Positions 57,973-64,000 of a DNA stretch of 64,000 bases are shown in pieces (within the stretch, counting starts at the first letter, position 1; every line of letters starts with the position of its first letter). The stretch is from NCBI GenBank assembly GCA_963733675.1, contig CAVTET010000004.1, positions 512,001-576,000 on the forward strand, read 5' to 3'. The position numbers and the translations under genes are program-made. Source of the DNA: an uncultured Methanosarcinaceae archaeon (GTDB lineage: Archaea; Halobacteriota; Methanosarcinia; Methanosarcinales; Methanosarcinaceae). The notes below the pieces were generated by a model. That model saw only the letters and a list, made by a program, of their open reading frames with translations. It was not told where the DNA came from and did no database searches.

Positions 57973-58785
57973 TTGAGTAATATGGTCAAAGATTTATTCA
58001 TGTTTGCAGGCTTCAATGAAAATTCACAGATTGTATGGTTTAAAATTATTTATTCTAAAAAGCCTGGATCTTTATCCTTAATAACTGATTTTATTGAAAA
58101 AGAAAATGCATTCATTATGTTTGGTCATCTGGATAATATTACACAAAAATCGGGAGAATATTTGATATATACTGAACTTAATGAAAATATTAATCCTGAG
58201 GATCTTGCTCAAAGAATAGAAAGTATTGAAGTTGTAAGCGAAGTAGATTACGGAATTTCAAGATATGGGATGATTTATTCCGTAGACTTTCCTCTTAATG
58301 TAATAGGAGTCAGAGGAGTCATGGCAAGAGCACTCACGATTGTTGATATCATTAAAACTCTCAACCAAAGTGTGCCGCATGCAGAGGGACTTCTTACCGT
58401 TTCAGGCCTTAAAGGAGGAATTCACGCAGCAAAATACTTCAAGAGTATCATGCCTATTAATGACAGTAATTACGCAAGCGTTCTTGCGGAGCTCTACAGA
58501 GCTGTAGGGTGGGGAATCTTGGAAATTGAATGTGATCCAAAGACTTACGAAGGAAAAATCATTGTGAAAGACTCGTTTATAGCCGACGTTTATGGATCTG
58601 CTGACCAGCCTGTTTGTGCCTTTATGAGCGGCTACTTTGCAGGTTACCTGACCGATTATTTCGGGAAAAATATCAGTGTAAGGGAGATTAGCTGTAAAGT
58701 CACCGGAAAGAAGGTATGTGAACATGTAATTTCTTTAGCGCCCTCCAGCTTAAGCCAGGAATACGCTAAGGGGGACACACAGTGA
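57973..58785 (+). CDS. ACT-like + V4R domain protein
   Basis: KPGSLSLI ACT-like start; GWG, SF.A, C...GYFAG...E.SC...G..VC V4R motif. Confidence 0.8.
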   Translation: MSNMVKDLFMFAGFNENSQIVWFKIIYSKKPGSLSLITDFIEKENAFIMFGHLDNITQKSGEYLIYTELNENINPEDLAQRIESIEVVSEVDYGISRYGMIYSVDFPLNVIGVRGVMARALTIVDIIKTLNQSVPHAEGLLTVSGLKGGIHAAKYFKSIMPINDSNYASVLAELYRAVGWGILEIECDPKTYEGKIIVKDSFIADVYGSADQPVCAFMSGYFAGYLTDYFGKNISVREISCKVTGKKVCEHVISLAPSSLSQEYAKGDTQ

Positions 58786-60803
58786 TCCGGCAACCTAATG
58801 TCATTCTAGGAAATGACGGACTGCTTGTGACAATGGGAAGAAAAGGAGATATATTGGGCTTATTTTACCCCCGCAGAGATCATGCTCAGCATGTAGAAGA
58901 ATCCCTTGCCTGCATCCACACAGGGGAAAAACTTCTCTGGACAAATGATAATGAATGGCATAGCATTCAGAACTATATCGAAGACACTAACATCGTATCC
59001 ACAAAACTTTACCATGACTCAGGAATTCGTATTTCGATTCTTGACCTTGTGCACTCAGAAGTACCTGTTCTCATCCGCAGGTTCAAGGTGCAGTCCCAGA
59101 AAAAAATTTCCGGGAAATTTTTTTACTACTCTAATTTCAATGTAGGAGAAACATCTAAAAAAAATTCTGGTTTTTGTGATATAGATGCTCGCTTGCTAGT
59201 ACAGTACTGGCAGAATTATTATATCGGGCTTCATTCCTTGCCCGAATTTACTGAATGGCAGATCGGAAAGGCAATGGACACCATATGGTGGACTAATTCC
59301 AAGTATGATATGGAAGATGGAAAACTCCAGCGAAATAAAGAAGATATTGGAAATATTAATAATGCTGCTGGCTGGGATCTGGAACTGGAAGCTAACGGAG
59401 CAAATGAATTTGTTATTCTGATAGGGGCTGCATCTTCCCGGAGCCTTCTTTACAAGAGAATGCATGAGCTTTCCAAAATGTCTCTGGAATACATTTTCGA
59501 AAAGACTCGAGAATACTGGGTTATGTGGCTCTCTAAAAAAAAGGTGCTAAAAATGCCAGGGCTCGGAGGACACGAGAACTTGCGCCAGGAACTGTTCAGC
59601 GCATACAACAGATCTCTTCTCATGCTTGACTTACTTCAAGACCGCGAACATGGATCTTTTGTGGCCGCTCCTGAGTTTGACTCGAATTTTGAGAAATGTG
59701 GAGGATACGGCTTTTGTTGGAACAGAGATACTGCCGAAATTGTACTTGCACTCAAACATTCAGGATATCCTGAGTATTGTGACATGTTTTTCAAATGGTC
59801 TATTCGGACCCAACTCCCGAATGGTTCCTGGTTTCAACGCTATTGGCTTAATGGGGATACAGCTCCCTCTTGGGGCAATTTTGATTACTCGACTCAAATA
59901 GACGAAACAGGGTCGACTCTCTATGCCATGGATGTGTATTACAGAATCCTCGAAGGTCTTAAAAAAATTGAATTTTTGGACGAAGTATGGGTTTCAGTAC
60001 TCAGAGCTGCCGAATATCTGATGAAGAAAACAAAGTCTGGGATTCATGAGAGTTGTATGGATCTATGGGAAACTTATTATGGAATTTTCACATACACAAA
60101 TGCTGCAATCTACGCTGGGCTTATGGGCGCGTCGAATCTAGCCGAAGAAAATGAGGAATCTGGTATGGCTAAGCGTTGGAAGAAAAGAGCGGAATTCATC
60201 AAGAAAGCTACAATTGATCGTCTATGGCTTCAAGAAGGCTACTTTGCAAAAGGAATCATCAACGATAAATTGGATAAAACCGTTGATGCAAGCATCCTGA
60301 GCTCTTATATCCCCTTTGGGATGCTGTCTCCAAAGGACCCTATAGAAAAGGATATGATCCTGTTTATGATAGAAAATATCAAGAAAAAACTCTCAGTGCC
60401 CATTAATAAAAGTTACGGGATCAAGAGATATGAAAACGACAGTTACATTGATGGAAACCCATGGATAGTAACCACTCTCTGGCTTTCGGAAGCGATGCTT
60501 GCCCTTGCCCTTGATATTCCTTCTGAAAAAGCCATTTTTTCCCCCACTCACGACGTTCCCTCTGAAAAAGAAAAGAGCGATATAGAAAACGTGGAAGATC
60601 TGACAAATGAAGGAATTAAATGCCTTAAATGGGCCCTTGCAGGTGCAACCAGTACAGGACTTCTCCCGGAGCAGGTTGATAAGTCGACAGGCAAACCTGC
60701 CTGGGCAATTCCTTTAGGATGGAGTGGATCCCTAATGATTGACAATATCTTACTTCTAGACAAGATATGTGTGAGAAAAGCAGGAAATACAGAAAAAAGC
60801 TAA
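58782..60803 (+). CDS. GH15 glucoamylase-like glycoside hydrolase
   Basis: GYGFCWNRD, QIDETG, DLWE, RYEND.Y..GNPW, LLPEQV, PLGWS; GTGA overlap. Confidence 0.92.
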   Translation: MIRQPNVILGNDGLLVTMGRKGDILGLFYPRRDHAQHVEESLACIHTGEKLLWTNDNEWHSIQNYIEDTNIVSTKLYHDSGIRISILDLVHSEVPVLIRRFKVQSQKKISGKFFYYSNFNVGETSKKNSGFCDIDARLLVQYWQNYYIGLHSLPEFTEWQIGKAMDTIWWTNSKYDMEDGKLQRNKEDIGNINNAAGWDLELEANGANEFVILIGAASSRSLLYKRMHELSKMSLEYIFEKTREYWVMWLSKKKVLKMPGLGGHENLRQELFSAYNRSLLMLDLLQDREHGSFVAAPEFDSNFEKCGGYGFCWNRDTAEIVLALKHSGYPEYCDMFFKWSIRTQLPNGSWFQRYWLNGDTAPSWGNFDYSTQIDETGSTLYAMDVYYRILEGLKKIEFLDEVWVSVLRAAEYLMKKTKSGIHESCMDLWETYYGIFTYTNAAIYAGLMGASNLAEENEESGMAKRWKKRAEFIKKATIDRLWLQEGYFAKGIINDKLDKTVDASILSSYIPFGMLSPKDPIEKDMILFMIENIKKKLSVPINKSYGIKRYENDSYIDGNPWIVTTLWLSEAMLALALDIPSEKAIFSPTHDVPSEKEKSDIENVEDLTNEGIKCLKWALAGATSTGLLPEQVDKSTGKPAWAIPLGWSGSLMIDNILLLDKICVRKAGNTEKS

Positions 60804-61402
60804 AGAAAAAAACTAATTTGATACTCAGAGTTTTGGTGGCGCATCCCGCTGCAAACACCTGGGTAGGTTCGTGTCACTGCTCTGGACATAAAGACATTAT
60901 TCAAATTCAATTATTGTTCCAGCAAGGAAATTACCAGAATTATGTGACATCTTATTACAAATAAAATATATATGAAGATGAAATAGGTGTTGAACGAGAA
61001 AAATCAGAAGAGGAAGATTATTGAGATTGAAGAATCCTCAGTTAACACACTTATAAAAACAATTAAATAAATAATCACAATTGTGAAAACATATATGGCG
61101 AGAGTACTTGAGAAACTAGTTTAATCACGTAATGCTATTTTAAATAAAAATATTGAGACATTTAAAGAGCAATAATATCAAATAGCGCCTCAAGAATTAG
61201 TGCCATACATATTCAATTTCCTTTTTCACGACTCAATAGCCATCTTTGTAAAGATTCGATGAGCAAATTTTGGTGGCCTGAATTTATTCAACTGCTAGCT
61301 ATATATAATTGTTATATATTTACATCAGTTAGTAATCAGAAGTATATTTCGCATCAGAATAGATATCTCCAGCGGATTGTCGGTAGACTGAATAGTTATT
61401 CT

Positions 61403-62581
61403 TCATATTTTTTTTTCGAAAAAGGCCTCCAATCTATCCATACCTTCTTTTATATTTTCAATGCTATTGGAATAGGAAAAACGCAGATATCCCTCTGCTC
61501 CGTTACCAAAGTCAATACCAGGAGTCACTGCAACGCCTACATCATTAAGAATACTGCGGCTTAATTCCAGAGAGTCGTTGCTGTATTTGCGAGCATCTGC
61601 AAGAACATAGAAAGCTCCAGTTGGCTCTTTGCGGACATCTAGTCCCATACCTAGAAGCCTCTTGAGCATATATTGGCGGCGTATATTATAGATCTGTATC
61701 ATATCAGTAACATGTTCCTGGGAACCTTGCAAGGCTGAAACTCCTGCTTCCTGGACAAAGGCATTGGCGCAGATAAAAAAATTCTGATGAATTTTCTGAA
61801 TCGTACGAACACATTCAGGTGGGCAGATAATGTAGCCGAGCCTCCAGCCAGTCATTGCATATAATTTAGAAAAGCCGTTAATGACAAAGGTATTGTTCGT
61901 ATATTCCAGGATAGTATGCTCTTCTCCACTGTAGATCAAACCCTGATAAATTTCATCTGAAACTATTGGAACTCCTCTTTCGTCAGCTACCGCAGCAAGG
62001 CCTTTCAAGTTTTCAGAAGACATTACATACCCACCAGGATTTGAAGGACTGTTGATGAGAATGGCCTTTGTATTGGGACTAACGTACTGCTCTACTGTTT
62101 CCGGCTCGAGGGTAAAGCCATTAGCATCATTCGTGTAGACATAGACAGGAACTCCTCCGAGGTATTTCACAAAATTTGGATAGCAGGCGTAGTGTGGGTT
62201 TGACATAATTACTTCGTCCAGTTTTTCTAGCAGAGCCATAAAAAGTAACAGGAGACCAGGGCTTGTCCCTGAAGTTACAATGACCTGATTTGGACTCAGG
62301 TCAATTCCAAATTTATGATAGTAAGAGTTAACTATTGCCTCCCTAAGAGGAAGAAATCCCTGGCTATGAGTGTACTTTGTAGATCCTCGAACAATAGCAT
62401 CATATGCAGCTTCACAGATATGAGGAGCAGTAGGGAAATCTGGCTCACCGACCTCTAGATGAATAATATTTCTACCCTCAGCTTCCATAGCCTGGGCACT
62501 TTCCAGCACTTCCATCACATAGAAGGGAGGTATATCGTCAGATTTTTTAGATAGGATGTATTCGGAGTTTATCGAGAGCAT
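61403..62581 (-). CDS. PLP-dependent class I/II aminotransferase (aspartate aminotransferase-like)
   Basis: GEPDF, NSPSNPGG, SDEIY, GFSKLYAMTGWRLG; start set at MLSINSE. Confidence 0.93.
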   Translation of the reverse strand: MLSINSEYILSKKSDDIPPFYVMEVLESAQAMEAEGRNIIHLEVGEPDFPTAPHICEAAYDAIVRGSTKYTHSQGFLPLREAIVNSYYHKFGIDLSPNQVIVTSGTSPGLLLLFMALLEKLDEVIMSNPHYACYPNFVKYLGGVPVYVYTNDANGFTLEPETVEQYVSPNTKAILINSPSNPGGYVMSSENLKGLAAVADERGVPIVSDEIYQGLIYSGEEHTILEYTNNTFVINGFSKLYAMTGWRLGYIICPPECVRTIQKIHQNFFICANAFVQEAGVSALQGSQEHVTDMIQIYNIRRQYMLKRLLGMGLDVRKEPTGAFYVLADARKYSNDSLELSRSILNDVGVAVTPGIDFGNGAEGYLRFSYSNSIENIKEGMDRLEAFFEKKI

Positions 62582-62673
62582 AGAAGACCTTCTGAAAAGC
62601 AAACATTTTGAAAAGAACTGATGTAGAAGCAAGTAACTTCGCTGAAGCTATATCTGAAAATTCGTATGCTTTC

Positions 62674-62781
62674 AATATTTAAGAGGATTTCGATAAATGC
62701 CTAAATTTCATCTTACGCTTATATAATAGTATATAAAAGACTCGAGAAAATCGTAGATTTATCGAAATCCTCTTAAATATT
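62674..62781. repeat. Perfect 25-bp inverted repeat enclosing TATA-like sequence
   Basis: AATATTTAAGAGGATTTCGATAAAT (62674-62698) and ATTTATCGAAATCCTCTTAAATATT (62757-62781). Confidence 0.85.
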
Positions 62782-62805
62782 CTATGGGAAAGAAATTTAG
62801 AATCA

Positions 62806-63490
62806 GTCAACTACAAACGCCAAAGCTGTAGGGCTTGCAGTCTCCTCGGAGTTAACATTTAAATTCAGTAGACTCAAAGGATAATCTCAGTCTAGTTGAT
62901 CTGTTTACAATACCTCTATAGGTTCTCAGTTCCAGAATCAAATCATCGACTACTTTTCGGAGTATATTAATCGTTCCATTAATATCAGCATTGATTAACT
63001 GATATACATAAATTTTTGACTGTTTATATTTTAATTCCTCGTGATCTACATATTCAGATTTTTAAATCTGATCTATGTCAGAGAATCCACTTGATTTTTA
63101 TATGCTTCATCTACAAGTTGATACTTAATACAATGAAAGAAACATTTGCTTTCTAACATACATTTGAATGTACCAAATGGAATCGGCACAAAGTTTCGAT
63201 TATTACGTTTAATGTGACTGATTCCTTGTTTAATTCCGGTTAATTCTCAGATAAGAACATTGCCTAAATTATTTTCGAGATAGTGTTTAACCAGATAGTT
63301 GACTAACAAGTTCACGAATTCAGTAATTCTATTAAATCATCCGGTTAACATCCTTATTTGACGGTAGTTACATCTTTATTTTTCTGTAAATCTTTGATAC
63401 TCCGTAATCTAGCATTTTCCTTGTGATACCATTGGTTGAGAATTTATATATTTGCCACAAACGATTTAACCAGTTCCATCGGTATCGACA
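62806..63490 (-). pseudogene. Second decayed TnpB (C-terminal half) with IS200/IS605 end
   Basis: RNNRNFVPIPFG..LESKC..LVDEAY, LINADINGTINILRK; GTCAACTAC end-like motif at 62806. Confidence 0.75.
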
Positions 63491-63639
63491 CTACGTCCCA
63501 TTTCTTCGAGTAGATTTCCGTAAGTATATATTTTTGTGTCAGCTTCCGGAGCAAAATCAAAAAATTATGATGCATTGATAAAAAGAGCATTAAAAAACAT
63601 CCTCAGGGAATGATTGAGGTATTAAGAAACAGAAGGACT

Positions 63640-63822
63640 AGATAAAAAAATATTTGAAAAAACACTATTGTAAAGAACATACACTATAGATTGATGGATA
63701 TTTAGCATCTTCTATCGGCAAGGTTAGAAAAGAAGCAGCCGAAAATTGCGTACTGAACCAGGGTTGAAGTTGACGGTACATCTACTGGACTGAAGACCCC
63801 AGGTTTTACGCTTTGTCCTTAT
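63640..63822 (+). pseudogene. IS200 TnpA C-terminal remnant and element end
   Basis: KYLKKHYCKEHTL*IDGYLASSIG..NQG; downstream TGAAGACCC..TTTTACGCTTTGTCC shared with 54400-54435. Confidence 0.75.
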
Positions 63823-64000
63823 AAATGAATTATTTTAAGGATAGCGTAAGCTATCGTTGAAACCAAAGAATAATGAACGATAGGAGAAAAATAAGATCAA
63901 ATACAGAAATCAGCAGGAAAGCTTTGGATGGAATTCCTCAAAGAAAAAGAATCAGAGAAATAATCCTCTGTAATTACATGCTACATATATTAATTTATCA

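Overview
AT-rich archaeal chromosome segment, most likely Methanosarcina (Ech hydrogenase operon echABCDEF, bacterial-type gyrB-gyrA, Cdc6/Orc1, SRP19, intron-containing tRNA-Trp). Housekeeping content: two GT2 glycosyltransferases and a polytopic membrane protein, YchF-family NTPase, a non-catalytic-looking cis-prenyltransferase subunit, a DEAD-box helicase, Isf flavoprotein, a ferritin-like protein, NikR, a GH57-GH57-ACT/V4R-GH15 alpha-glucan operon, a class I/II aminotransferase and four tRNAs. Coding density is low. The gaps hold two full-length IS6 copies plus an inverted fragment, many decayed transposases (IS5, IS66, IS701, IS200/IS605 TnpA/TnpB), several MITE-like families and two frameshifted genes. 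The most striking unexplained feature is a 1.7-kb tandem array (33.9-35.6 kb, downstream of cdc6) of seven units, each with a purine-rich leader (GGGGGAAATTTAA-like in units 1-6) and an ATG that opens a 27-32 aa ORF. In the five young copies every nucleotide difference in codons 1-25 is synonymous, which suggests an unannotated multicopy small-peptide system. All family assignments come from reading motifs by eye. No searches were run.
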